Shown here in pieces: positions 1-8,296 of a stretch of DNA of 64,000 nucleotides. Under the pieces are notes generated by a model that was not told the DNA's origin, made no database searches, and saw only the letters and a list, made by a program, of their open reading frames with translations. How positions within the stretch are numbered: position 1 is the stretch's first letter; every line of letters begins with the position of its first letter. The position numbers were made by a program, and so were the translations under genes. This stretch comes from Bacillota bacterium. GTDB lineage: Bacteria; Bacillota; Sulfobacillia; DUSP01; DYEP01. The DNA is taken from contig JBFMAL010000012.1 in assembly GCA_040755615.1 (NCBI GenBank), positions 7 to 64,006 of the forward strand. Direction: 5' to 3'.

Positions 1-37
1 CCCATTTGCCGGATGAATAATTAATTAAGCTTGCTTT

Positions 38-74
38 AGCCCCTACCTTAGGTGATTAGGTAGGGGTTCTTTTA
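38..74 (+). terminator. Rho-independent terminator of a gene upstream of the window
   Basis: Stem cccctacct (40-48) / aggtagggg (58-66), followed by ttcttttat. Confidence 0.6.
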
Positions 75-220
75 TGCTTCCTGCCGTAACCTACAAGGCG
101 GGGAGTATTTGACGCTTACGTCGGTCAATCTGTAGTTGCAAAAGTCCCGGCAGCAGTATCCTTGTCATGACAGATGCCGCTAATAGCGAAGATATGGAAT
201 GTTTGTGCACCCAAGACAGC

Positions 221-266
221 AGGCGGAGGTGTGAGTCCCAGAATACACCTCCGCCTCGGCTTTTAT
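221..266 (+). terminator. Strong hairpin, probable terminator
   Basis: 12-bp perfect stem aggcggaggtgt (221-232) / acacctccgcct (245-256), then cggcttttat. Confidence 0.5.
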
Positions 267-531
267 AGATCATAGGAAGCCATATTGGCGCATCGACCAC
301 AAGAAAGGAGGTACGCAAGCAGCGAGACATATCCTAGTCCATTGCCGAATCTGGATCAATCGAACGACTGTGCTCTTGCTCTTGGTTAGCTGGCTCTGCT
401 ATTTAAAGCCCTATGTCGGAGGCAAACCGGTGCTAGAGCGTGCTGCCCGTACGTTTTCTTGCTCAAGCCTTCCCCAAGGTTTCAAACCAGATGATATTGC
501 AATGGTTTGTAGGTTTCTCCTTTGCACGAAC

Positions 532-666
532 CTATTTCTTAGTCTTGTCCGAAGCAGGCTTCGAAGCTGCGGATGGGGTCTTGCTCACAACTCGCTCGGT
601 GCTGGTACCCTTTGCGCATCCGGTGGATTTTGGTGCCGCTTTTTTAGAGCCCTTGGCTTTTGCCAA
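532..666 (-). CDS. Small Lys/Ala/Ser-rich basic protein (44 aa, MAKAKGSKKAAPKSTGCAKGTSTERVVSKTPSAASKPASDKTKK); not in the ORF track
   Basis: TTG start at 666, 7 nt after a perfect GGAGGTG SD (680-674); TAG at 534-532; sigmaA-like promoter directly upstream. Confidence 0.7.
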   Translation of the reverse strand: MAKAKGSKKAAPKSTGCAKGTSTERVVSKTPSAASKPASDKTKK

Positions 667-688
667 CTTTCATCACCTCCTGAATTAC

Positions 689-716
689 ATTATACAGGTT
701 TGTGCATCTCTTACAA
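689..716 (-). promoter_or_regulatory. sigmaA-type promoter for the small basic protein
   Basis: TTGTAA (716-711)-N16-TATAAT (694-689). Confidence 0.6.
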
Positions 717-1184
717 GTCATGTCAGCGAGCGCTGCTGAGTTTTTTCTAGTTCGTGGCCGGACTAAACTTGCGTCCCCGGCTGCACCTTATGACGGCTCC
801 TGGAGCCGTCTCATTAGCGAAGGTCTGGTCTGCAGGTAAGGGAGGTGGCGTCCGGTCCGATCCGCACTGAGTGCCGGCCGCCTTTATTTTGCAGGATGGA
901 GTAGGCAGCAGCATGATTGAAGATGCTGTTCGCTTGCTGTGGAAAAAACCGCAATCTCTCCTGCTTCCGGGAGGACAGGTGAGCGCTCGGAGGTCTTGAA
1001 TAAGGTGGCGTCCAGTGAAGAGTCTGCTCAACGTAGTGCCTGGTCACTTTGGACCAGTATATCGTAGTGACGTCTGAGAGAAATGAATGCATGGGTTGAA
1101 ACCGTATCATGGAGTGGGGAAAACAGTCTCTTCCAAAAAGCTCACGGTAACTGATACTGCCAGCAGTATATTCTCATCCCTGAC

Positions 1185-2228
1185 TTACCCAAAATTGCTT
1201 GGCGCCTTGGCCCTGGTCCGGAATTCCTCTTCGGAAATCAACCCTTTCTGTAATAGGTCATAGAGACTTGAATCCATCGTTCTCATGCCGTAACGCACGC
1301 CTGTCTGTATCGCCGAGAGTATCTGATGTGTCTTCCCTTCCCTTATCAGGTTCTTCACTACAGGGGTCGCTACGAGTACCTCGAAGGCCGCCACCCGGCC
1401 CGACCCATCAGCCCTCGGGACAAGCTGTTGGGACACAACGCCTACGAGCACCGATGCGAGCTGTACCTTGACCTGCTCTCGCTGGTAAGGTGGAAACTCG
1501 TCCACTATTCGCTCTACCGCCTGTGACACATCAGCGGTATGAAGCGTCGCGAGTATCAGGTGACCTGTCTCGGCAGCAGTCAGTGCTACAGAGATGGTCT
1601 CAAGGTCCCGCATCTCTCCCACAAGTATCACATCCGGGTCCTGTCTCAATGCCGCCCGTAATGCCGCTGCAAATGAACGGGTGTCCACACCGAGCTCCCT
1701 TTGATTGACAATGGCCTGTTTGTGACGGTGCAAATACTCAATGGGGTCTTCGAGTGTAATGATGTGGCAGCGTTGCTCGGAGTTGATCCGGTCCACGATA
1801 GCTGCCAAGGTAGAAGATTTGCCGCTCCCTGTAGGTCCCGTAACGAGAAAGAGCCCGGACTTCTGGCATACCATCTCGCCTACGATGGCAGGTACTCCCA
1901 GTTCTTCAAGGGACGGGATCGAGTGCGGTACGATCCGGATAGACAGCGCAATGGCTCCTCTTTGGCGGAAAGCGTTACACCTAAAGCGGCCGACCTCGGC
2001 TACGCTACAGGAGAAGTCTACTTCGCCCGACCTCTCAAACCTCTCCCTCACCTTCGTATCTGCTATACTGTAGAAAAACTCCTCTGTATCAGAAGTGGTC
2101 AGGACAGGGACACCTTCGAGTTTTACGAGTGTCCCATTGACCCGGAGTACGGGACGAGAGGCAACTGTCAAATGAACATCCGATGCACCCGCCCGGATCG
2201 CTAAGACCAGCACATCAATAAGCTTCAC
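1185..2228 (-). CDS. pilT: Type IV pilus retraction ATPase PilT
   Basis: ASDVHL N-terminus, Walker A GPTGSGKS, TLEDPIE, LRQDPDVILVGEMRD, AAETGHL..TLHT. Confidence 0.95.
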   Translation of the reverse strand: MKLIDVLVLAIRAGASDVHLTVASRPVLRVNGTLVKLEGVPVLTTSDTEEFFYSIADTKVRERFERSGEVDFSCSVAEVGRFRCNAFRQRGAIALSIRIVPHSIPSLEELGVPAIVGEMVCQKSGLFLVTGPTGSGKSSTLAAIVDRINSEQRCHIITLEDPIEYLHRHKQAIVNQRELGVDTRSFAAALRAALRQDPDVILVGEMRDLETISVALTAAETGHLILATLHTADVSQAVERIVDEFPPYQREQVKVQLASVLVGVVSQQLVPRADGSGRVAAFEVLVATPVVKNLIREGKTHQILSAIQTGVRYGMRTMDSSLYDLLQKGLISEEEFRTRAKAPSNFG

Positions 2229-2233
2229 AGATA

Positions 2234-2278
2234 CGGCCTGGAAGCCCAGGGGCTTTACCCCTGGGAGGAATGCGGCCT
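2234..2278. repeat. Isolated palindrome resembling IS200/IS605-family terminal hairpins (REP-like remnant)
   Basis: ggaag-cccagggg-cttta-cccctggg-aggaatgc, flanked by cggcct at 2234-2239 and 2273-2278. Confidence 0.5.
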
Positions 2279-2483
2279 TCCCTCCCCTGGCAGATTACTG
2301 ATCCTGCGTATCTAGATGCTGAGAAGACGCATGCCCAAACGGTTCACCGCTTTGCCGAACTTGTAGAGCGGTCTGGGCTGCCGGCAGTTCTTTAACCCTA
2401 TAGGCGAGACTGATCTAAACACCTCGTCTTCAAGGCCCACACCTTCTTCCCAAGTGTGCTGCCGGATTCGTACATAGGCATCT

Positions 2484-2510
2484 CTTCGCCTCATTTCGAC
2501 AAATTCCTCC
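2484..2510 (-). promoter_or_regulatory. sigmaH-like promoter upstream of pilT
   Basis: GGAGGAATT-N11-GGCGAAG versus consensus RNAGGAWWW-N11/12-RNNGAAT. Confidence 0.4.
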
Positions 2511-2621
2511 CGTTCATTTCCATACGCGATAGCCCGAGCTGCAGCAAGGTCAGGGGCCCGGCTCCTAAGTTATCGGTCGACCAGGGACCTGCAACCTTTG
2601 GTCGCCTGAGGATACTATCGC

Positions 2622-2649
2622 TCAAGTCGAAGCCCGTTTCTACCGATGA
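2622..2649 (+). promoter_or_regulatory. sigma28/SigD-like promoter
   Basis: TCAA-N16-ACCGATGA, about 40 nt upstream of a chemoreceptor gene. Confidence 0.5.
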
Positions 2650-2687
2650 AGAGTCTAGCGGACACTACCCGGGGGGGAGGGATTTAC

Positions 2688-3551
2688 ATGATCCGGGTCG
2701 GCATTGTGGGTGCAGGCAAAGGCGGTACCGCGCTGCTCAAGACGTTGCTGTCCGTGCCGGGCGTATCGGTGCTGGGGATCGCAGACGTCAATCCAGACGC
2801 ACCGGGCATACAGTACGCAAGAGAGCACAACGTGCCCAGCTATTTGGATTTCCGGGCGCTGTTCCGAGCAAGCGGGCGGAAAGTGATCATCGAGGCGACG
2901 GGAAACGAAAGGGTGAAATCAGAATTGAAAGCCAGTGCTCCCGAGGATGCTGTCATAGTTGACTCGGAAGCCGCTCTCTTGATGATGGAAACAGTGCGCG
3001 TGCGCGAGCAGGCCCTCGATTCATTGAAGCACCAATCAGACCGGCTCGCGCAGCTGGCAGTAGACCTCGAAACACTGTTGGCTCAGGTCTCAAAAGATAC
3101 AAAGGCAATGGCAGATCACGTAAGCAGACTGGCCGAGCAAACCAGGCACCTATCATCAGTGTTTGCCCAGGGCAAAGCATATCTCACCGAAACCGACGAA
3201 GTATTGGATTTCATTCGCGTTGTTGCTGACCAGACAAAACTCCTCGGGCTCAACGCAGCCATCGAAGCGGCAAGAGCGGGTGAGCACGGGAGGGGCTTCT
3301 CCGTCGTCGCTGAAAAGGTACGCGAACTGGCTGATAGCTCTTCGGAATCTGCCAAAAGGATCGCCACGATCATGAAAGGTATTGGCAATTCCATTAACTC
3401 CGCGGTGAAGGACGCCGAGGACATGCAATCAGTGACAGAAAAGTCTGCGCGTGAACATGCGGCCATCTCTGACTCCATTCACACTGCTTTAGCCAAACTT
3501 CAGGGAATGGTAAGCACCCTTAGGAACATCTCCCAAGAGGCCGTATCTTGA
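2688..3551 (+). CDS. Soluble methyl-accepting chemotaxis protein with N-terminal Gfo/Idh/MocA-like NAD(P)-binding Rossmann domain
   Basis: [11 protein letters not shown] dinucleotide motif, IIEATG; MCP signature [34 protein letters not shown]; no TM segment; GGAGG SD before ATG 2688. Confidence 0.9.
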   Translation: MIRVGIVGAGKGGTALLKTLLSVPGVSVLGIADVNPDAPGIQYAREHNVPSYLDFRALFRASGRKVIIEATGNERVKSELKASAPEDAVIVDSEAALLMMETVRVREQALDSLKHQSDRLAQLAVDLETLLAQVSKDTKAMADHVSRLAEQTRHLSSVFAQGKAYLTETDEVLDFIRVVADQTKLLGLNAAIEAARAGEHGRGFSVVAEKVRELADSSSESAKRIATIMKGIGNSINSAVKDAEDMQSVTEKSAREHAAISDSIHTALAKLQGMVSTLRNISQEAVS

Positions 3552-3801
3552 TTTTGGTCCCGGAACTTTCGAGCGCTTGGAGCCGGATCATCCAAGGCTG
3601 CGCCAGGCGAGTCTCCTCCCGAAACGCTCATACTCATGTTTACCGCCAGCCCATGCGTTTTTGCGTTTACCGAAAAGAGCGGTACTGAGTCATCTTGGAG
3701 CCGGGGTCGTGCGTTGCGGCACTGTCATTATCCCTCCAGTTAACAGAAGAATACGGTTAGACCAGACGATCTTTATTCTGAAGCGGGAGGGAATCTTCAT
3801 A

Positions 3802-4260
3802 ATGTCCAATCTTATTAAGAACCCCAGTTTTGAAGCTGGGCTTGCCAACTGGGTTGCGACTAACGTCGCCCCTGCAGACTTCAACGCATTTGAGGGAACT
3901 GCCACAGCACGGATGGGTCCGGGTGTCGCCAGCCTGTATCAGGATATTCCCATTACCGGATTTGCAAGACCCTCTTTCGAGTTGAGTTTCGCAGTTGAAT
4001 CGCCGTTCGTGTTCAACCCGGGTAACTTGACAGCGCAGGTCCACTGGCTGGATATCTCGGGAAATGTAATCGGTATAGGTGCCAGCGTGTTCATTCCTTC
4101 AGCCACTACGGGATTCCAGTTCTTCTGGCTCACAGTCGCGACAGCCACAGAACCGGCACCGAGCAACGCCACTGCCGCGAGAATCATCTTCAGTAAGTCT
4201 GCCGGAACAGGCAATAACGTACTCGATCTGGATCTGGTTGTGTTGACGCGGGTCGGTTAA
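3802..4260 (+). CDS. Stand-alone NTTRR-F1-like (galactose-binding-like fold) protein, possibly spore surface
   Basis: MSNLIKNPSFEAGLANW...ASLYQ...AP..ATAARIIFSK pattern; GGGAGG SD before ATG 3802. Confidence 0.65.
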   Translation: MSNLIKNPSFEAGLANWVATNVAPADFNAFEGTATARMGPGVASLYQDIPITGFARPSFELSFAVESPFVFNPGNLTAQVHWLDISGNVIGIGASVFIPSATTGFQFFWLTVATATEPAPSNATAARIIFSKSAGTGNNVLDLDLVVLTRVG

Positions 4261-4287
4261 GATCAGAAGGAGGGATACTAAATCGCC

Positions 4288-4494
4288 ATGGTCAAGGACA
4301 TTGTAGTGGGACCCAAGCTGGAACTTGTGCTCTCCCTGAAGAAAGCGCTGGAAACCAAACCTGGCATAGAGCAGTTCCTCCATGGAAAGAAGCTCAACCT
4401 GTTGGATGTTCCCCAGGACGAACTGATCCTACCGACAGAAATTCGAATGGCACTCGCCAGAGCTTTAAGAGAGCAGGAGATTGAAATATTGTAA
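4288..4494 (+). CDS. Small hypothetical protein (68 aa)
   Basis: AGGAGG SD upstream; follows the previous gene closely and precedes a terminator. Confidence 0.65.
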   Translation: MVKDIVVGPKLELVLSLKKALETKPGIEQFLHGKKLNLLDVPQDELILPTEIRMALARALREQEIEIL

Positions 4495-4533
4495 GTCGGT
4501 GGCCCTACTTGGCTCAAAAATACCGAAAAGAGC

Positions 4534-4568
4534 GCACCCCCAGAAGATTCCGGGGTGCCTTTTCTTTT
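4534..4568 (+). terminator. Rho-independent terminator
   Basis: gcacccc / ggggtgc stem plus cttttctttt. Confidence 0.6.
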
Positions 4569-5187
4569 AGCCCATCTTTCCCACTGTGCAATGAACTGAA
4601 TCGGCTCGGTCTTGATGCCCGCGCGTGGTGGTCTACCTGACCCACGGGCTGTTTTTCAAGGCGCAGTACAAGCACGAGGATACCGGCAGTCACCAGAGCT
4701 GAAAGAACTGACCAGGGTAAAACTGGGGGACCTGAACGCTGATGCCCAGAAGCTGTTCATCAGTTCCCGGGTGCTGTCCGCTATCCGCTTGAACCTGATT
4801 ACCTGTAGCATCGCTCAGCCGGACATGATAAAGTAGCTATGCTCATTAGGGAGCAAGATCGCGCGAAGCAGCGCTCGGGACACGATGCTTTACCGTTGCC
4901 CATATACCATACAGCATGTCTTTGCTCTGCCACACCCCAAATTTGGGTCGTCTGCTTCCACTCGCAGCAGTAACAGTCATCGCTCAGTGGGGCCCGCTCA
5001 ATGCAATTCGACTCAGGGTGTTTTTTAGGCCAGCGGTACTTCGATGGAGTGAGTATGTTGGGTGGAAGGACGCTTTGAAGAATCTATCGGGGGAAGGCGG
5101 CATACACGAGCAGCTTGACCTCTTCTGTCTGCAGGGAGGAAAACTTGCACCGCAATCTGACTTGACCCGAGCAGGTATTTCCCAAAA

Positions 5188-5214
5188 GGGAACCAAAATA
5201 CATTTCTAAGAGTC
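5188..5214 (+). promoter_or_regulatory. ECF-sigma-type promoter
   Basis: GGGAAC-N17-AGTC, about 30 nt before the lipoprotein start. Confidence 0.5.
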
Positions 5215-5245
5215 ATAAACTAACCGGAGTTGTTCTGTAAGGAGA

Positions 5246-7696
5246 GTGTTCACATTGAATCGCAGGAGCGTTTTAGCCATAATTCTGTGTCTCGCATTGC
5301 TTCTTGGCGGGGCGGGCTGCGGGAAAAGATCAGGCACTGCTCCTTCACCCGTGGAACCAGGTAACGGTGTGCCATCCGGCACTTCCCAATTTCCCGATAA
5401 GCCACCCCAGCTCAGCGCAAGCTACGGCCCTCAGCACATTTTCGTCATGCGCGCAGCCAGCGTATGGGTGGACGCAAAGGGAGAGACACAGCGTGTGCAA
5501 GAGACTTTGCCTCCCGCCGACCCGCCGAACGCGCTCATTGTCGAGCCCGGCAAGGAGATTACGTTCGGTATCAAGAGCCTTGTGGCAGAACCCGCACGCG
5601 CTACCATAGAAGTGTGGAACTACTGGTCGCTGTTCGGCTACGCCGAACAGCAGGACCGCCCGGTGCATTCAGAGGAAATCAGCTCCTTCCTGGTAAAGGA
5701 CACAGACCTTGAGTTCAGGTGGGTCGTGCCCGAGGTACCAAGCATCGCAGGCGAGGCAGCCCACTACGGGTTCAGGATAAAGCTTGAATGGGAAACACCG
5801 CATACTGCAGAAGCCGTTTACTACGGCCGGTTCCAGCTCGGATCCGACCAGGTGTCATCCAGCGTTCGTGACACGGTCATGCGCTTTTTTGAAGCATGCT
5901 GGGAAGGTAACCAACAGGCTGTCAGCACGCTGCTGACGGAGTACGTTAAGAGCCGGGACAGGACGTTTGACCCCTATTCTAGCCCGCTTTCAGTGAACGA
6001 GAGCTCGCGCTGGGACCTGCTTCTCTGGAAATCAGATGAATACACGTACAAGCTGGCGTCAAAACCGAAAGTAGAAGTACAGTTCATCGGGCCGCAGCTT
6101 ACCGGTCCGTATGCGGAAGCTTCGATATCCTACAGGGTAGAGGTGACGGAAAGGGAGAGTAAACGGGTCTACCAGTGGGATTTCAACGAGAGCTACTCCC
6201 TGCAGCGTGAGGGGTCTGACTGGCTGGTACACTACATGCACCGATCGGGTACCCCCTGGTACGCGGCAGGAGGCACCAAGCCGGGCTGGAACATACAGTC
6301 CACCCGGGAGGGCTCGCTGCTCAAGCTGGGCCCGTTCACCAGCATAAACCTCTGGTTCGGGTGTAAATGGAGCGATGACAATCAGGTATTCGCGTTCACT
6401 GGCGAAAACTTCGGTGAAACCGGGCTGTGGGCTGTCCGGCGCGATGGGTCGGGCCTTCGCCAGCTGATTTCGCTCGGCCGCACCCTAGATTTTGGGAATA
6501 ATCAGCAACAGTACCTCCAGATTCTGGACTGGGCCCCGGGCAAGCACAGCATCCGTTTTATGATCAACGGTTACCAGGTTTTCGGACCGCACGCCAACCA
6601 TACAGGTTTTTGGGTGGCTGAAGTGCACTATCCGAGCGGCGAGGTGACGGACATCGCGTTTATCCCCGCTCCCAGGTCAGACTACATGCGAGACCTGAAT
6701 GTCACAAAGGATCGCACCAACGTGATCTTTCGCCGCTCACCAGACCTCTGGCGAGTGAATCTTACAACCGGTGCTGTAACACATATTCACGACGACATGC
6801 CTAGCTGGGACGGCCTGTTCGTACTCCACTACTCGCCCTGCGGATGGTACGGAGCGCACGGAGACGCAGGCCTTCATTCCGCGGTGATCGTTTACGACCT
6901 GAAGACCGGAGAGAAGAGAGAGATCACCGTCCCAGGTGCGGAGAGCATATTCTTCTCAGGGTGGACGCCTGACGGGCTGATCGCGGTATCTGTGGCGTAC
7001 CTCGACGAGATAGTCCACGGCGAAGTCTCTTCCTGGCCTGCTGGGGCGTCCTCACTCCGGTTCTATGATGTCCAGGGAAACCTTAAGATGGAAGTGATTC
7101 CACCATCAAGCGATCCCACATTCAGGATCGGCCCCTGGGCCTGGACTGACGACGGCACGGCGCTGGCCTTTACTGTAGGCCCACTGGTGGAGACAGGAAG
7201 AGACGTTACGGGAATTGACATGCTGGGACAGGATTCAAAAGAGCTCTGGCTGTGGCGAGGTCCCGGTACCGAGCCCAGGAAGTTGTCGTCGCTTTCGGGG
7301 ATAGCACAGCGCATAGACTGGGTGGAGGACAACAGTGCCGTGGAGGTCTGGTACCGGGTGGCAGACGACTTCAGCGGCCCTCCTGAAAAATGGTACTTAG
7401 CTACTGAGCAGACAGGTGTAAAGGTGGGCCTTGATGGAACCACCACGGACCTCGTTGAGCCTTTGGGGACTCGGGAGATGGGCGAGACGAAGGAGCGGTC
7501 ATTCCTGGCACGGACTGAATCCGGAGTCACGAAGGTGGTCGCCCGCGATGCCCACGGACGCGAAGAGGTGCTCATTGAAGGCAGGTTCGGCGTGTACCAG
7601 AGTCTCTTTGAAGCAGCTGCCCTCGCGTTCGTCGCAGATCCTGCTAACTACGAACCATACCCGTCCAAGGTCTATCTATATCTCCTGTGTCCATGA
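5246..7696 (+). CDS. Large lipoprotein (816 aa) with a C-terminal TolB-like beta-propeller region
   Basis: Signal peptide plus lipobox GAGC, Pro-rich linker, repeated W(S/T/A)PDG-type blade motifs; AAGGAG SD. Confidence 0.8.
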   Translation: MFTLNRRSVLAIILCLALLLGGAGCGKRSGTAPSPVEPGNGVPSGTSQFPDKPPQLSASYGPQHIFVMRAASVWVDAKGETQRVQETLPPADPPNALIVEPGKEITFGIKSLVAEPARATIEVWNYWSLFGYAEQQDRPVHSEEISSFLVKDTDLEFRWVVPEVPSIAGEAAHYGFRIKLEWETPHTAEAVYYGRFQLGSDQVSSSVRDTVMRFFEACWEGNQQAVSTLLTEYVKSRDRTFDPYSSPLSVNESSRWDLLLWKSDEYTYKLASKPKVEVQFIGPQLTGPYAEASISYRVEVTERESKRVYQWDFNESYSLQREGSDWLVHYMHRSGTPWYAAGGTKPGWNIQSTREGSLLKLGPFTSINLWFGCKWSDDNQVFAFTGENFGETGLWAVRRDGSGLRQLISLGRTLDFGNNQQQYLQILDWAPGKHSIRFMINGYQVFGPHANHTGFWVAEVHYPSGEVTDIAFIPAPRSDYMRDLNVTKDRTNVIFRRSPDLWRVNLTTGAVTHIHDDMPSWDGLFVLHYSPCGWYGAHGDAGLHSAVIVYDLKTGEKREITVPGAESIFFSGWTPDGLIAVSVAYLDEIVHGEVSSWPAGASSLRFYDVQGNLKMEVIPPSSDPTFRIGPWAWTDDGTALAFTVGPLVETGRDVTGIDMLGQDSKELWLWRGPGTEPRKLSSLSGIAQRIDWVEDNSAVEVWYRVADDFSGPPEKWYLATEQTGVKVGLDGTTTDLVEPLGTREMGETKERSFLARTESGVTKVVARDAHGREEVLIEGRFGVYQSLFEAAALAFVADPANYEPYPSKVYLYLLCP

Positions 7697-7710
7697 CCTG
7701 ATATCCCTCG

Positions 7711-7746
7711 GAGGCTGCCTCTTTACGGAGGCAGTCTCTCCTTTTG
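7711..7746. terminator. Terminator between convergent genes
   Basis: gaggctgcctc / gaggcagtctc stem followed by tcctttt. Confidence 0.65.
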
Positions 7747-7792
7747 TAGTGAGCGGTGTTGGAAGCATCTGCGTGACGTGCTGCGGCTACAG

Positions 7793-8296
7793 TCATTCCT
7801 CGGCGAGAAACCCTCTTTCTTTAAGCCTCGCCCGGGCTTCTTCGATCAGCGCAGGAGTGCGCGCCTCCACGGTGTGAAGGTGGAACCCGTCGGTCAAGGC
7901 AGACAGAAGCGACGCCTTCTTGCCTTGTAGGTCCTTCAGGAACCGCGCTACATCCTCCCGGGATTCAAGCATCAAGAATCCCTGGAGTTCCCCGTAGATC
8001 GGGTGCTCCACTATCACGTCTCTTACCTTCACTCCCATATCGACGAGCAGGTACAGTTCCTCCGCGGTCCTTTCCGGCCCGTGCTTCACTGCTATCACGT
8101 CCTTGTACCCGCCCTTGGGAGGCAACATGTAGCCCTGCGGCGTGGATATGATGGTGTGGCCCGAAGCGCGAAGAACAGCGATATACTGGACTACCGCCTG
8201 CCTGCTCACTCCCAGCTGCACCGACAGGTCAATGCCCTTTATCGGGCCTTTTGCCTCTTCCAATAATTGAAGCAGCTTTTCTTTCCTGTTCATCAA
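7793..8296 (-). CDS. niaR: Niacin-responsive repressor NiaR (HTH + 3H domain)
   Basis: HTH GVSRQAVVQYIAVLRA, 3H motifs VEHPIYG and LTDGFHLHT; last gene of the nad operon. Confidence 0.9.
   Translation of the reverse strand: MMNRKEKLLQLLEEAKGPIKGIDLSVQLGVSRQAVVQYIAVLRASGHTIISTPQGYMLPPKGGYKDVIAVKHGPERTAEELYLLVDMGVKVRDVIVEHPIYGELQGFLMLESREDVARFLKDLQGKKASLLSALTDGFHLHTVEARTPALIEEARARLKERGFLAEE

Noticed and set aside
370-750. ORFs 370-750 (+) and 440-739 (+)
   Set aside because: No SD; they are antisense shadows of the 44-aa minus-strand gene and its promoter.
747-1184. Short ORFs on both strands upstream of the small protein
   Set aside because: No recognisable motifs or convincing starts; likely intergenic or degraded DNA.
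2312-2494. 60-aa ORF upstream of pilT, also considered as an IscB omegaRNA/HEARO remnant
   Set aside because: Its apparent SD coincides with a sigmaH-like -35 element, it has no recognisable family, and I cannot match omegaRNA conserved blocks by eye; left uncalled.
2610-2670. GTTTCTACC..CTAC resembling a purine riboswitch core
   Set aside because: The P2/P3 stems and kissing-loop sequences are absent; better explained by a sigma28-like -10 element.
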